A stretch of DNA of 64,000 nt from Eledone cirrhosa (taxonomy: Eukaryota), in contig OZ024746.1 of the NCBI GenBank assembly GCA_964016885.1, positions 83,142,001 through 83,206,000 of the forward strand. Direction: 5' to 3'. The notes below the pieces were generated by a model. It was given only the letters and a program-made list of their open reading frames with translations. It made no database searches and was not told the origin of the DNA. The first letter of the stretch is position 1. Each line of letters opens with the position of its first letter. The position numbers and the translations under genes were made by a program. Positions 1-13,959 of the stretch are shown here, piece after piece.

Positions 1-209
1 TAGTGATAAAATAATATAACAAAACAAGCGTGTGATTAAAATGACAATGCCGTTTGTGTGTGTTTGTATGTAAGAATGTGCTTATGTGTATGTGCATGTA
101 TGTGTTTGTGCATGTGTGTGTAGGTGTGTATGTATGTGTGTATGTGTGTATGTGTGTGTATGTGTGTGTATGTATGTGTGTATGTATGTGTGTAGGTGTG
201 TTTGTAGGT

Positions 210-250
<41 letters not shown>

Positions 251-403
251 TTTGTGCGTGAGTACATGTGTGTGTGCTTGTGTCAGAGTGCCTGTGCGTG
301 CATGTGCGTGCATGTGTGTATATGTGTGTCAGCATGTGTGTGTGTTTGCGTGTATGTGTGTGAATGTGCGCGTATTTGTGTGTGTGTGCATGTGTGTATG
401 TGT

Positions 404-487
<84 letters not shown>

Positions 488-1396
488 GTGTATGTGAATG
501 CATTTTCTTTTTTTCTTTAATGTGTGGAACGAGCATTGAGAATCGCTGATAAAATTATAATGGCAATGGACACAAAACAGAGAATACTGGATATTAAAAA
601 AAGCATGCGGTAAAGGTGGTTTGTGTATGTGTATGTGTGTGTATGTATGTATGATTGTATGTATGATTGTGTGTACGACTGTGTATGATTGTGTGTATGT
701 GTGGTATGAGTGAGTCATTGTGGTGATGATTATGCATGATAAAAACTGTTGTGTAGTTGTTTTATATTGGTTATTAGTCTGATAATGAAGTCAATCCGCT
801 TAGGGTTACATTTAGAGTGTGAAACCGATTGACTGCAACACTTTATCACTGAAAGTAAGGGAAAATAACAAGAAATAGATAAACATACGGGAGATGATGG
901 CAGCGGCGGCGGCGGTGGTGGTGGTGGTGGTGGTGGAGTAGGTGGAATGATAGAAATAAAATTAAAAATAACCTACTATAAAATAATATAAAATAAAATA
1001 ATAATAAAACAAATCTAGGTGGGATGTGCGTATTAAAGACGATGTCCAGGAGGAGGGATGTAGCAAGCAAAGAACAGGCCTGAAGTGGTCTTCATTTCAA
1101 CCAAACAGATCCATAAAGAGCTTTGGTTTGCTGTATAATTCGATTGTTCGCCAGCGACAAGGAGCAAAAGAATCATATGGCTGGCCTCTGTAATTCGGTT
1201 TGGATCTAATTAAAGAACGCTAACAAGATTTGCGGAATGTTTATCACGGTACTGGCACATGACTGATCAGTGGTTGAGCATATTAAGTCTTTATTTCAGC
1301 CTGACAGTTACGTTGCCATGCGCAACGGCATTTATGACTGAGAGAGTCAATTCTCTGATTTTCGTTGTCGACGTCGTCATCATCGTCATCATCATT

Positions 1397-1445
<49 letters not shown>

Positions 1446-2119
1446 ACAGCAATAGCAGCAGCAGTAGCTTTGTTGTCATCATCTTTATCCTTATCCTACC
1501 TCTTTTCCTCTTTTTCTCTTTTCCTCTTTTCCTCTTTTCCTCTTTTCCTCTTGCTCTTCCTCCTCCTCATCATTATCATTATCATTGCTATCATCATCAT
1601 CATCATCATCATCATCATCGTCATCATCATCATCATCATCATCGTCGTCAAATTAATATCCTAGATAGCCTTATTATAGTCTTAAACATTATCCCCCCCC
1701 TCCATTTCTTTCCCTTCTTTCTCTTTCTTCTTCCTCTTTCTTCCTCTCTCCCCTTCCTCCTCCTTCATCTGCCTCTGTCTTCTAACTTTTCTTCTCTCCC
1801 TTATTCTCTTATTCTTTCTTCTCTCACTCCTCCTCCGCCTTCTTCTCCCTCAGCCCCCTCTTGTTCTTTCCTCCCACTTCCTCCTCTTTCTCCTTCCGTC
1901 TCCTTTCTCACTTCCCACCTTCTCTTTCCTCCCCCTCCTTCTCTTTTTCCATCCCCTTGTCCACCCACCCCTCTCCCACTTCCTCGTTCTCCCTCTTTCT
2001 CTTCCCTTCTTCTCCTCCTTTTTCCTTTTCCCTCCTTCTCCTTCTCCCCCCTCTTCTTCCTTCTCACTCCACCGTCTTCTTCATCCTTTCCACCCTCTAT
2101 AATCATCATCATCATCAAC

Positions 2120-2579
2120 CCTAACAACATTGACAACAACAACAGCAACAACAGCAGCAACAACAACAACAACAACAGCAACAACAGCAACAACAGCAGC
2201 AACAACAAAAACAACAGCAACAACAGCAACAACAGCAACAACAGCAACAACAGCAACAACAGCAGCAACAACAACAGCAACAACAGCAGCAACAACAGCA
2301 ACAGCTGCAACAGCAACAACACCAACAACAGCAGCAACAACAGCAGCAACAGCAACAACAGCAACATTATATATAGCAACAACACCAACAACAGCAGCAA
2401 CAACAGCAACAGCTGCAACAGCAACAACAACAACAACAACAACAACAGCAACAACAGCAGCAACAGCAACAACAGCAACATTATATATAGCAACAACACC
2501 AACAACAGCAGCAACAACAGCAACAGCAGCAACAATAGCAGCAACAGCAACAACAGCAACAACAGCAACAGCTATAACA

Positions 2580-2610
<31 letters not shown>

Positions 2611-2997
2611 CAATAACAGCAACAATAGCAGCAGCAACAGCAACAGAAGTAACAACAACAGAAGCAACAACAACAGAAGTAAGAGCAGCAACAGCAACAA
2701 CAGCAACAACAACAGCAACAGAAGTAACAGCAGCAACAGCAACAACAGCAACAACAGGAACAGAAGTAACAACAGCAACAGCAACAACAGCAACAACAGC
2801 AACAGAAGTAACAACAGCAACAGCAACAACAGCAACAGAAGTAACAGCAGCAACAGCAGCAACAGCAACAACAGCAACAACAACAGCAGTAACAGCAACA
2901 GAAGTAACAGCAGCAACAGCAGCTAAAATAACAGTAGCAACAACAGCAACAGCAACAGTAAGAATAAAGTGAAGAAAGTAAAGATGAAGAACTACTG

Positions 2998-3029
<32 letters not shown>

Positions 3030-3176
3030 GATGATGATGATGATGATTATGATGATGATGATGATGATGATGATGATACTGCTGCTGCTGCTGCTGTTAT
3101 TACAACTACTACTACAATTATTGTTACTACTACTGCTACTACTACAACTACTGCTACAACAACAGCGACTACTACA

Positions 3177-3220
<44 letters not shown>

Positions 3221-3245
3221 AACTACAACTACTACTACTACTACA

Positions 3246-3283
<38 letters not shown>

Positions 3284-3475
3284 AACTACTACTAGTACTA
3301 CTACTACTACAACTACTACTACTACTACAACTACTACAACTACTACAATTACTACTACTACTACAACAACAACTACTACTACTACTACAACTACTACTAC
3401 TACTACAACTACTACTAGTACTACTACTACTACAACTACTACTACTACTACTACAACTACTACAACTACTACAAT

Positions 3476-3542
<67 letters not shown>

Positions 3543-3676
3543 GCTACTACTACTACTGCTACTACTACTACTACTACTGCTATTTCAGTAACAACAACAA
3601 TAACCATAACAGCAATAACAACAACTGTAACACTAGTCAGAGCAGCAGCAATAACAGCAGCAATAACAGCAGCAAT

Positions 3677-3726
<50 letters not shown>

Positions 3727-3730
3727 GAGC
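2120..3730. repeat. Compound trinucleotide block: (CAA/CAG)n, (GAT)n, (CTA/CAA)n, (CAG)n
   Basis: Read directly from the sequence. Confidence 0.95.
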
Positions 3731-4059
3731 AGCTTTTCAATGTCGTCGGTGCAGCATCAAATATCTTGTCCAATTGTACATAATTCAACGTCCTCCACTC
3801 AATCAGTGTTCCATTGAAACAAGGTCGATAAGTCTTTTAAATAGGATTGACGTTAAACTCCGCCTTGATACTTCATCACATTCTAACACTTACTGTGTCG
3901 TTCAATCTAGATAAATGTGTGAGGTGATTAGCTGATGGGATTCAGCTTTACATACCAATTCACTGGAACCATCTCACCCCACCCCCACCCATATCCACGC
4001 CCACGCCAACTTTTTTTTTTTTTTTTGTCACTTTTTCTTTGTGGCAAAGTAGTTATTGT

Positions 4060-4460
4060 GTTGGACTTCCGACCATAATGTCCATTGGTTTGATTCTTGG
4101 TCCCGGACAACAACACGTTGTGTGTTCCTGCTCAAAGTATTTCATTTTGCGTTGCTACATCTGCCAGGAATTACGGCTGGTAGATAAGTGTCAGTGATGG
4201 AAACATTGTTTCCTTGGTCCGATCTTACAATTGCTCCACCATTTTTTTACTTTTTTATTTTTAGTCTCAGTGATACGATCAGAAGATAGTATCAGTAATG
4301 GAAACATTGTTTTCTTGGTCCGATCTGATAATCTCCCCCCCCCCCTCCCTTTTTTAATTATTATTTATTTATTTATTTTTTGTCTAACAGGTGTTACGAT
4401 CAGTAGATAGTATCAGAAATGGAAAGACCAATGGAAATGTTGTTTCCTTGGCCCAATCTG
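4060..4460 (+). mobile_element. Degenerate SINE B with its 3' tail repeated three times
   Basis: ggaaacattgtttc(c/t)ttggtccgatct at ~4199 and ~4300, and a variant at ~4433. Confidence 0.6.
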
Positions 4461-4592
4461 ATGATCATCTCTTTAGTTCTTTCCCTTTTCTTCTTTGCCT
4501 TTCCTCTGACTATAATTATTTAAATATTTCTTTTTCATTGCTTTCTTTTTCTTTTTTTTTTCTTATTGATCTTTTTTGTCTTTGACATTCTT

Positions 4593-5541
4593 CTTTTCCC
4601 TTCCCTCTCTTTTCTTTTTGCCCTCGTTTGTCTTTCCTTTCTTTTTCTTTCCTCTCTTTTCTCTTTCATTCCTTTTCTCTTTCCTCTTTCCCCTTTTTTC
4701 TCTTTCTTTCCTTTTCCCTTCCCTCTCTTTTCTTTTTGCCCTCGTTTGTCTTTCCTTTCTTTTTCTTTCCTCTCTTTTCTCTTTCATTCCTTTTCTCTTT
4801 CCTCTTTCCCCTTTTTTCTCTTTCTTTCCTTTTCCCTTCCCTCTCTTTTCTTTTTGCCCTCGTTTGTCTTTCCTTTCTTTTTCTTTCCTCTCTTTTCTCT
4901 TTCATTCCTTTTCTCTTTCCTCTTTCCCCTTTTTTCTCTTTCTTTCCTTTTCCCTTCCCTCTCTTTTCTTTTTGCCCTCGTTTGTCTTTCCTTTCTTTTT
5001 CTTTCCTCTCTTTTCTCTTTCATTCCTTTTCTCTTTCCTCTTTCCCCTTTTTTCTCTTTCTTTCCTTTTCCCTTCCCTCTCTTTTCTTTTTGCCCTCGTT
5101 TGTCTTTCCTTTCTTTTTCTTTCCTCTCTTTTCTCTTTCATTCCTTTTCTCTTTCCTCTTTCCCCTTTTTTCTCTTTCTTTCCTTTTCCCTTCCCTCTCT
5201 TTTCTTTTTGCCCTCGTTTGTCTTTCCTTTCTTTTTCTTTCCTCTCTTTTCTCTTTCATTCCTTTTCTCTTTCCTCTTTCCCCTTTTTTCTCTTTCTTTC
5301 CTTTTCCCTTCCCTCTCTTTTCTTTTTGCCCTCGTTTGTCTTTCCTTTCTTTTTCTTTCCTCTCTTTTCTCTTTCATTCCTTTTCTCTTTCCTCTTTCCC
5401 CTTTTTTCTCTTTCTTTCCTTTTCCCTTCCCTCTCTTTTCTTTTTGCCCTCGTTTGTCTTTCCTTTCTTTTTCTTTCCTCTCTTTTCTCTTTCATTCCTT
5501 TTCTCTTTCCTCTTTCCCCTTTTTTCTCTTTCTTTCCTTTT
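4593..5541. repeat. Tandem array of 118-bp polypyrimidine unit, ~8 copies
   Basis: gccctcgtttgtc recurs every 118 bp from 4620 to 5446, and identical 79-aa ORFs repeat with a 118-bp offset. Confidence 0.95.
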
Positions 5542-5872
5542 CTCTTTCCTCTCTTTTCTCTTTCCCCTCTTTTCTCTATCCTAACTTTTCCCTTTCCTCT
5601 CTTCTCTCTTTCCTCCTTTTTCTCTTTCCCCTCTTTCCTCTTTCTCCTCTATTCTCTTTCCCCTATTTTATCTTTCTCTTCTTCCTTTTCCCTCACTCCA
5701 TTTCTTACATTACATTATTTATTCACCATTTTGCAAGATCATCAAAGATGACACCATGGCAGTTCTGTTAGAGCCTCGAGTCAGATCATTCCATTATGAC
5801 ATACCTTCCGGCTCTTTGCACTTTCAGTTTGAATCACGCCGAAGTCAACTTCGGGCCGAAGATTGGAGGTCG

Positions 5873-5929
<57 letters not shown>

Positions 5930-5931
5930 AT

Positions 5932-5965
<34 letters not shown>

Positions 5966-6017
5966 GTACATATATATATTTATTCTATTCATTCATCATT
6001 TTATTGTTTCTTTCTTG

Positions 6018-6610
6018 AGAGCAGTGGTTTGACAGAGTCATCAGTTCGTCCGATGAAACATATTGCAGTATTTCGTTACAGCCCTCTATGTTCTGGTTTC
6101 AAATCCAACCAAGGTCAACATTGCCTTTCATCCTTCCAGGCTCGACAACATAAAGTTCAAGTCCCCCTCCCACAAATTGATGGCCTTGTGCCTAAATCAG
6201 AAATCATTATTTCTTTGGATTTGCAGTACCGGTAGATGGTCGGGCGCCATGCTTTGACGCATAGAATTACGGCCCTTATGATGATGATTCTGAGTTCAAA
6301 TCCCGCCGAGGTTAACTTTGCTTTTCATCCTTACAGGGTCGATAAAATAAAGTACCAGTAATGCACTGGGTAATTACTGGCCCTGTGCCAAAAGTAGAAA
6401 CAATTATTTCTTTCTTGGGCAGTGGATTGGCAGTATCGGTAGATGGTCAGACACCATGCTTTTCAGCATAGAATTATGGCCCTTTACGTTCTGAGTTCAA
6501 ATCCCGCCGAGGTTAGCTTTGCCTTTCATCCTTACGGGGTCGATAAAAACAAAAGTACCAGTAATGCACTGGGGTATTTGCTGGCCTTGAGCCAAAAATA
6601 GAAACAATTA
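6018..6610 (+). mobile_element. Three tandem copies of tRNA-derived SINE family A
   Basis: Units at 6018-6210, 6217-6406 and 6417-6610. Each has an A-box-like head, a B-box-like g(a/g)ttcaaatcc, the central gcctttcatcctt..gtcgataaa..agtaccag domain (degenerate in the first unit) and the tail ggccttgtgccaaaagtagaaacaatt. Confidence 0.85.
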
Positions 6611-6734
6611 TTTCTTTCTTGTAAATTTTCTCTCATTCTCTCGTTCATATTTCCCCGCGTGGCTCAGTGATTAGAGGATTGGATTCGTAATCGTGAGGTT
6701 GCGAGTTCGATTCCCAGACCGCTGCATTAGAGAT

Positions 6735-6900
6735 ATAGAGGAAGAATCTACCCCCAGTACTAGACTGGTACCTTTCTTTATTGACCTCGAAAGAATGAAA
6801 AGTAAAGTTGACCTCGGCAGGATTTGAACTCAAAGAGCAGAGAGCCAGAACGAACATCACAAAGCATTCTATCCAACGTTCTAACGACAATTCGCCGCCT
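6735..6900 (-). mobile_element. SINE family A, variant A2
   Basis: Reverse complement has gagttcaaatcctgccgaggtcaacttt and gtaccagtctagtactggg, as in 39512-39730. Confidence 0.75.
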
Positions 6901-7929
6901 TTTAATTATATGTATACAGTCACATATATAGAGGCTTATATGTGACTGTATACATACGTGTATGTGTCTATGTTTGAATTCGTAGAATTAACATTATGGC
7001 TGATTTTGTGTGCGTGTTTGTATAGGTGGGTTTATGAGTATGTATATGTACGTATATGTGCCTATATGTGTGGTTAATGAGATAATGACCATACAGTGCA
7101 GGATGTTTTATAGTAGCACAGATGAACAACAGAATCATTGCTTTCTGAATCAGTGAATTATTATTAATTCGATTCGATATAATCCATTTATTAAACTGTA
7201 CACTCTTTTCTGACAGGCATCATGAGATATATATGTTATATGTGATGACAAATCATAGGACAGACCACCGTTAAATTATTTACATACAAATCATTATCAA
7301 CATCATCACCATCATCATCATCATCATCATCACCACCATTATCATCATCATCATCGACGTCGTTATCATCACCATCCTCGTCGTCACATCGTCATCACCA
7401 ATAACAACAATAACATGCTGTAATTAAATTAAGCCAATCTTTATGAAAATTAAACTCAGTTGTACCGTTTATATATATACATGCATATATATATGTGTGT
7501 GTGTGTGTGTGTATATATGTATGTATGCATGTATGTATGTGTGTGTATGTATATGTGTATGTATGCATGTATGTATGTATATGTATGTATGTATGCATGT
7601 ATGTATGTATGTATATGTATGTATGTATGCATGTATGTATGTATGTATGTAAATGAGACCGCTAATTGCCCCAACTTAAACGTAAATATATCTAAAACAA
7701 ACCAAAGCTATGGGAGAATTCAAGCAAACGTAGATCATTCTCCAAATAGAGACCCCTACCGCATAAGGAAAGTAAATCACATTCGACCTTCTAAACTATG
7801 TCCCCAACCTTCCTGGCCAAACAGTCACCTTCCTGGCCAAACAGTCACCAGCTTGCTGCTATTACTAATACGGGGGTGACTGCCATCATCATGTAGCAGT
7901 CGAATCATGTAGTTTGTATATATATTACG

Positions 7930-8175
7930 ACAAAAAAAAAGTACCCAGTCTACACTGTAAAGTGGTCGTGTAGACGCCACGGTAAAAAAAGCACCCAGTA
8001 CTCACTATAAATGAGGTTGATGTTAGGAAGGGCACCCGGCTGTAGAAATCAAGCCAAAATCAGTTCTGTATGAGCAAGACATGGTCACTTGAGCAGACAT
8101 TGCCCACAACAGGACAACCCATCTAACCCATGCTAGCGTGGAAGAATGGACTTAAAACAGCGATGATGATGATGC
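7930..8175 (+). mobile_element. SINE 3' part with RTE-type tail
   Basis: aaaagcacccagta...ttaggaagggcacccggctgtagaaa...aacccatgctagcgtggaagaatggac...(GAT)n. This matches my recollection of an abundant octopus SINE. Confidence 0.6.
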
Positions 8176-8228
<53 letters not shown>

Positions 8229-8316
8229 TGTGAGAGTGTGTGTATTGCGAATCTGCTACTCGCAGTTGCAACTGCGGTTATACTCATTATTATTATTATT
8301 ATTATTATTGTTGTTA

Positions 8317-8386
8317 TTCCTTGAATCTCAGTCATTGATGTTGGTTAACTGGAAAGTCCGTTGGAATGAATATCAAGCCACTACCT
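8317..8386 (-). mobile_element. 70-bp extra copy of the Dong-like 3' UTR end
   Basis: Matches 8422-8491 with one substitution (ggaatg vs ggattg) and is bounded by (TTA)n/(TTG)n on both sides. Confidence 0.85.
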
Positions 8387-8421
8387 TATTATTATTATTA
8401 TTATTATTATTGTTGTTGTTA

Positions 8422-9363
8422 TTCCTTGAATCTCAGTCATTGATGTTGGTTAACTGGAAAGTCCGTTGGATTGAATATCAAGCCACTACCTGCAGCCTCA
8501 GATATTCAGGACGTATCGGAGGGTTCTTGCTGTTCCAAGCAAGCATGCCTTTTGAAGCGTTCCAAAAAGCGTGAAGGGGCCGATTTTCTTTAACCATCCC
8601 TGGAAACTTTTGGAGATAGTCCCCAGTGCGCCTATGACAATCGGGATCACTTTGACTTCATGGCAGTTCCAAATCCTTTTCACCTCCCACTTTAGGTCCT
8701 GGTATCGGTTAATTTTCTCCCTCTCCTTCTCTTGCACTCTCGTGTCGAACGGGCAGGCCACATCCACAATCAGATACGATCTTTTTTCTTTGTCCACAAC
8801 CACCAGGTCAGGTCTATTGTGTTCCAGTTTTTTGTCCGTCTGTATCCTAAAATCCCACAGCACCTTCACCTGATTGTTCTCCATCACCGCCTCTGGCCTA
8901 TGCTCATACCATTTCTCAGAATGTGGTAAATTGTTTACTTTGCACAGGTGCCAGTGGATCACCCTGCCCATCACATCGTGTCTCCAGCCCTTATAGTGGG
9001 TCTGGGCTAGGTGTTTACACTCGGACACAATGTGAGCCACAGTCTCCTCTCTCTCTCCACAGATCCTGCACAGTGGGCTAGCCTCCTCCTTGTAGATATG
9101 GTGCTTCAACCACTTCGTTTTGAGGGCCTGCTCCTGCGCAGCCATTAGCATTGCTTCTATAGCCTTTTTGAGGTCTCCTCTTCTCAACCAGTTCCATGTC
9201 TGTGGATCTCTAAATTCAGTTTTCTCAAAGAAGGTACTATGAAGGGATTTTCCCTTAAGGCTGCTCTTCCTCCTTGATGTTATTTCCTCCTTGGACATCC
9301 CCTGGCCTACTGTCCCCTCCTTCAGTACAGTTCTGAGCATTGGCTCCTTACTATAGGTCACGT
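8422..9363 (-). mobile_element. 5'-truncated R4/Dong-like non-LTR retrotransposon (C-terminal CCHC zinc knuckle plus restriction-like endonuclease, and 3' UTR)
   Basis: Open frame 8498..9361 (287 aa, no stops) has CRICGEREETVAHIVSEC, RHD, LWDFRIQTDK, NRPDLVVVD, IVDVACPFD, EKINRYQDL, PIVIGALG and LQKACLLGTARTLR. These are typical motifs of RLE-type elements. It is flanked on both sides by (TAA)n on the element strand. The frame start is a truncation point, not a real start codon. Confidence 0.9.
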
Positions 9364-9364
9364 A

Positions 9365-9490
<126 letters not shown>

Positions 9491-9511
9491 TATAATATAT
9501 ATATATATATA

Positions 9512-9630
9512 TAATTGTTTCTACTTTTGGCACAAGCCAGCAATTATCCCAGTACATTACTGATACTTTATTTTATCGACCCCGTAAGGATGAAAAGCAA
9601 AGTTAACCTCGGCGAGATTTGAACTGAGAT
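9512..9630 (-). mobile_element. SINE family A, 3' half
   Basis: Runs aattgtttctacttttggcacaag ... gttaacctcggcgagatttgaact. Confidence 0.8.
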
Positions 9631-9659
9631 ATACTCACACATTATATATATATAATGTG

Positions 9660-9850
9660 TCAGTATATATGTGTATATATGTGCGTGTGTGTGCTCCCGT
9701 GTCTATGTTTACGTTTGTGTGAGTATATGTGTGTATATATATGTGCATGTGTGTGTGTTCTCCCGTGTCTATGTTTACGTTTGTGTGAGTATATGTGTGT
9801 ATATATGTGCGTGTGTGCTCCCGTGTCTATGTTTACGTCTGTGTCTATGT
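9660..9850. repeat. Three imperfect ~60-66 bp tandem units
   Basis: ctcccgtgtctatgtttacgt recurs at ~9695, 9759 and 9818. Confidence 0.85.
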
Positions 9851-10010
9851 CTGTTTATATCCAATAACTTATCAACCATAGAAAAAGAGGTCGAGGAAAT
9901 ATGCCCCAAATTTGAAACCATAGGTACTGGAATCTATGTGATTGACTAAATGATAGCGTTGTCTCAGTATGACGGCACTCTACTGATTGAAACCAGTAAA
10001 AGAATACAAG

Positions 10011-10191
10011 AATTGTTTCTACTTTTGGTACAAGGCCAGCAATTATCCCAGTGTATTACTGGTACTTCATTTTATCGACTCCGTAAGGATGAAAGGCAAA
10101 GTTAACCTCGGTGGGATTTGAACTCAGATCATAAAGGGCCGTAACTCTTTGCTGCAAAGCATGGCGTCCGACCCTCTACCGATACTGCCAA
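10011..10191 (-). mobile_element. SINE family A
   Basis: Near full-length reverse copy ending ccgatactgccaa. Confidence 0.85.
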
Positions 10192-11087
10192 CAATAATGA
10201 ATCTATATTTGCTGTTTTCTTGAAGAAGACACTTTATTTCATGTTGCTTTAATCTACTCAGCTGGAATAAAGGAGGCTTACTATTGATTCAGCCGGCCAG
10301 CCTTGTCACATATCGGGAGACGTACGTTAGGGATGCATATGTCTGTGGAATGCTCAGCTTACCCTTACAGTTCCGTTGATATTTAGGACCCAGGATAACC
10401 AGAAGTCTAACCCAGGCTGAACTGCCACAAGGGATCGTTCTTCAAATGCTGTCTTCACTATAACAGTCTAACTCGAGTTACCTCCCTCGTGACAGAAACA
10501 AATACTGACCTCTTCTACGCAGAATCCATCTAGCTCATAAATACTTACGTTCTCGCTATAACCATACATGAGTCGAATAATCCTTTTCAGGTGAAACACG
10601 TGGACTCAATTATGGTTTGGTAATTGTTGTGGAATTTACTCTATACCGAACTGATCCTTTGAACTGAGTGTTCTACTAACTTTAGATATAATAGAGCTCC
10701 GGCGATGTAGAGTTCCCACACAAGCAAAGCAATGATAATCTGAAATTTAATGTTTAACTTCACTACACTTCAATTTTCCTTTGAGTCTCAACGGTTTATG
10801 TAGCGTATCTTGGTCAAATACAGCTCGGCATGGCTCGTCCCTCTCCAGTCTGTATACAAACCTACAATTTTTAAATAATAAATCCCCGTTCTAAAATGGG
10901 AACAGATATAAACGATTGTTTACATCTCTACATGCGCAGACAATTATTAGGTTTGTTCTGAGTAGTTTCCTGCCTATCATAAATATCAGACACAAACCAC
11001 GACTCAAATGAAGCAGACAGTGTTATTGTGTGTTTGCATGTGAGTGAGTGTAAATCAGAGAGTGTGCATTTTTAGTGTGTATGTATG

Positions 11088-11186
<99 letters not shown>

Positions 11187-11792
11187 ATATTTGCGAGTGT
11201 GTGTGTCTATTTGTGCTTGTGTGTGTGTGTACGCGCGCTTGTATTTCTGTTTGTGTGTGAGTGTGTACATGGGTGTGTGCATTTGTGTTTGTGTGGGAAC
11301 AACTGTAAATGTGTGTGCGTGTGCGTGTGAGTGTGTATGCGTGTGTGTGGGTTTCGTCTGTGTGTGTCTGTGTGTGTGTATGCATGTATGTCTTAACATT
11401 TCTAGACTGGATTATGTCATAGATGAATTAACCAATCAAAATATAACCATATTTCCATTTGCTGTGATTGTTATTTCGCCATTTGTCTTCAGTTATTTCT
11501 TCACAAGTAAATATTATTCTAGTCTAGACCGAAATTAGGACAATTCCTTCATTTCTGTTTACACTTTATCACTTAAGTATTTAGTCATTTGTCTTATCTC
11601 TCTCACATTCTTTCTTTTTTTTTATCTCTGTCAATGTATATATCACCCTCCTGTTCTCTCTCTCTCTCTCTCTTCCTCTCTCTCTCTCTCTCTCCCTCTT
11701 TCTTTCTCTCTCTCTCTCGCTTCTCTCTTCTATTCTTTCTTCCATTTTTTTCCATTCTTTAAACTTTATTTCTCTCGCCCTTCTTTCTTGCC

Positions 11793-11848
<56 letters not shown>

Positions 11849-11914
11849 CTCCGCCCCCTCTCTCTCGCTCTCTCTCTCTTGTTCTCTGTCATTATCTCAG
11901 CCTACACATTCATA

Positions 11915-12065
11915 TTGACGGCGAATTGATAGCCGTTGGAACATGGAATAGAATGTTTTGTGATATTTGTTCTGACTCAGTTCACTCTGAGTTCAAACCC
12001 CGTTGAAGTCAGCTTTATCTTTCATCTTTTCGCGGTCGATAAAAAAAGTTTAGTATTAGAGTCAA
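11915..12065 (+). mobile_element. SINE family A2, degenerate
   Basis: ggcgaattgatag...tctgagttcaaacccc...ttcatcttttcgcggtcgataaaa. Confidence 0.6.
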
Positions 12066-12765
12066 TTCTTCCTCTCTATCTCTTTCTCACCTCCTCTCTA
12101 TGCCCTGTTCTCTTTCTGTCTCTCTCACTCTCTCTCCCCCCTCTCTCTCTCTATCTCCCTCTCTATCTCTCTCTCTCTTTCTCTCGCTTTCTCACCTTCT
12201 CTCTATCCTTAATTAAAAAGATAGCGTCATCCTCACCAATGGTGTTACTGGTTACGGCGATAGTGACAGAAGAAGAAGAAGAAGAAGAAGAAGAAGAAGA
12301 AGAAGAAGAAGAAGAAGAAGAAGAAGAAGAAGAAGAAGAAGAAGAAGAAGAAGAAGAAGCTATTAATGCAAGCAGCAAACGGTCATAAATTTGGTCATAA
12401 ATTTGTTAAAGATGCCGAGAGAATATGAGATATAGAACATTGTGATTGGGTGAGAGGGAGATTGTGGAAGAGAGAGGGGCGGTAGTGGGAGAGAGGTGGT
12501 GGTAGTAGGAGAAAGCGAGGGGAGAGTGAAAAAGACAGTGAATGGAGGTGTGATTTTAGAAGTGAATAAAATGGCGAATGACAGGCGAATAAACGGTGAA
12601 AAACTATAGGGAGAGTAAATGTGAAAGATAAAATAGAAAGCATAAAGAGAGTGAGAGATAACATGAGGAAATTAAAGAGCGAGATTTGTAGAGAGGAATG
12701 GAAGAAACGAAAACGAGAAAGATATACAAGAGAGACAGAGAGAGCGTTATATATGTATGTATGTT

Positions 12766-12827
<62 letters not shown>

Positions 12828-13035
12828 TAAAGGAAAAGAAAATGCTGACAAATTATTCCCAGTGAAAAATAGTTTAATTAGGAATAAGTAAAAATTAGTA
12901 ATAAGTATTAGTTAGTATTCAGTTTTAGTTTTAAGTTTTTACCGGTTGCGCATTTCTAATGCTTTTCAAAAATAATTTTAAGATAGAGCGCCCGGGATGT
13001 TTGCTCTAATCATATATATATATATATATATATAT

Positions 13036-13103
<68 letters not shown>

Positions 13104-13959
13104 CTAGAAGTGGATTAGAAAGAAGAAGTTGAAATAAAAGAAAGATAGGGAAAATAAAATACAAAGAGATAAAATGAGAAAAAAGATTTTAAAAAGAGAA
13201 GAGATAGAAATGTGACAGAAGAGGAAAATGATGTGAAAGAAGAGAGAGAAAATAGAGAGAAAGAGAAGAGAAAGGTGTGAAAAGCGAACGAGATGGACAA
13301 TGAGATAAAGAACATGATGTGTAGATGACTCATTAAACTATACCATACAAGTCTATAATAATACTAGAAGGATTGTGGTGAACCACATGTCGTAAAAATA
13401 TCACTTTCCCTTGTACGATTTGACATCGGATCCAACTGTTAAGATCTGTCATAGTTTCTGATAAACGGTTTTATTGGGGTTTTTTATCGTTCTTATTTTA
13501 TTTATTTTGTTGTGTAATCTCTGCTTCTGAGGGGTGGTGATAAGCTCTGATACTTAATGCTTTCCTATTATACCATGCAATGTGGCACTATGGGATTTCT
13601 CACGTTCATCCCACAGACATTATAAACTGCATTCAAAATGAGACAATGTAGGAATATTTATGTGATTGCTTGATCTGCTAGAAATAGCAGATAAATATCC
13701 CTCAAATTACACCTTAGTCTTTAAAAAATATGAGTGTCATGAAAATGAATTTCTATTACAAAAACCATTGTACTGGAGAGTAAAAGTGTCTTCCTTCGTA
13801 CAGAAAGTGTTCAGGGACGGGATTAGCGAATTAGTTAAACGGGAATCAAATCAACGAATGTAATTATTAATTACTCTATAGAAAAATTAGAGCTATTTAC
13901 TTTAGCTAGTAAAGAACAGAAGACTAGAGGGAGTGAGAGTCAATCCATTAGATGAGGCA

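Noticed and set aside
800-816. Telomeric TTAGGG
   Set aside because: A single unit, expected by chance.
1259-2926. 555-aa ORF and overlapping poly-T/poly-L ORFs
   Set aside because: These are translations of CAT, CT-rich and CAA/CAG repeats. Several frames on both strands are open and there is no domain.
4566-5771. 318-401 aa F/L/S-rich ORFs
   Set aside because: Artefact of the stop-free pyrimidine tandem array; all three frames are open.
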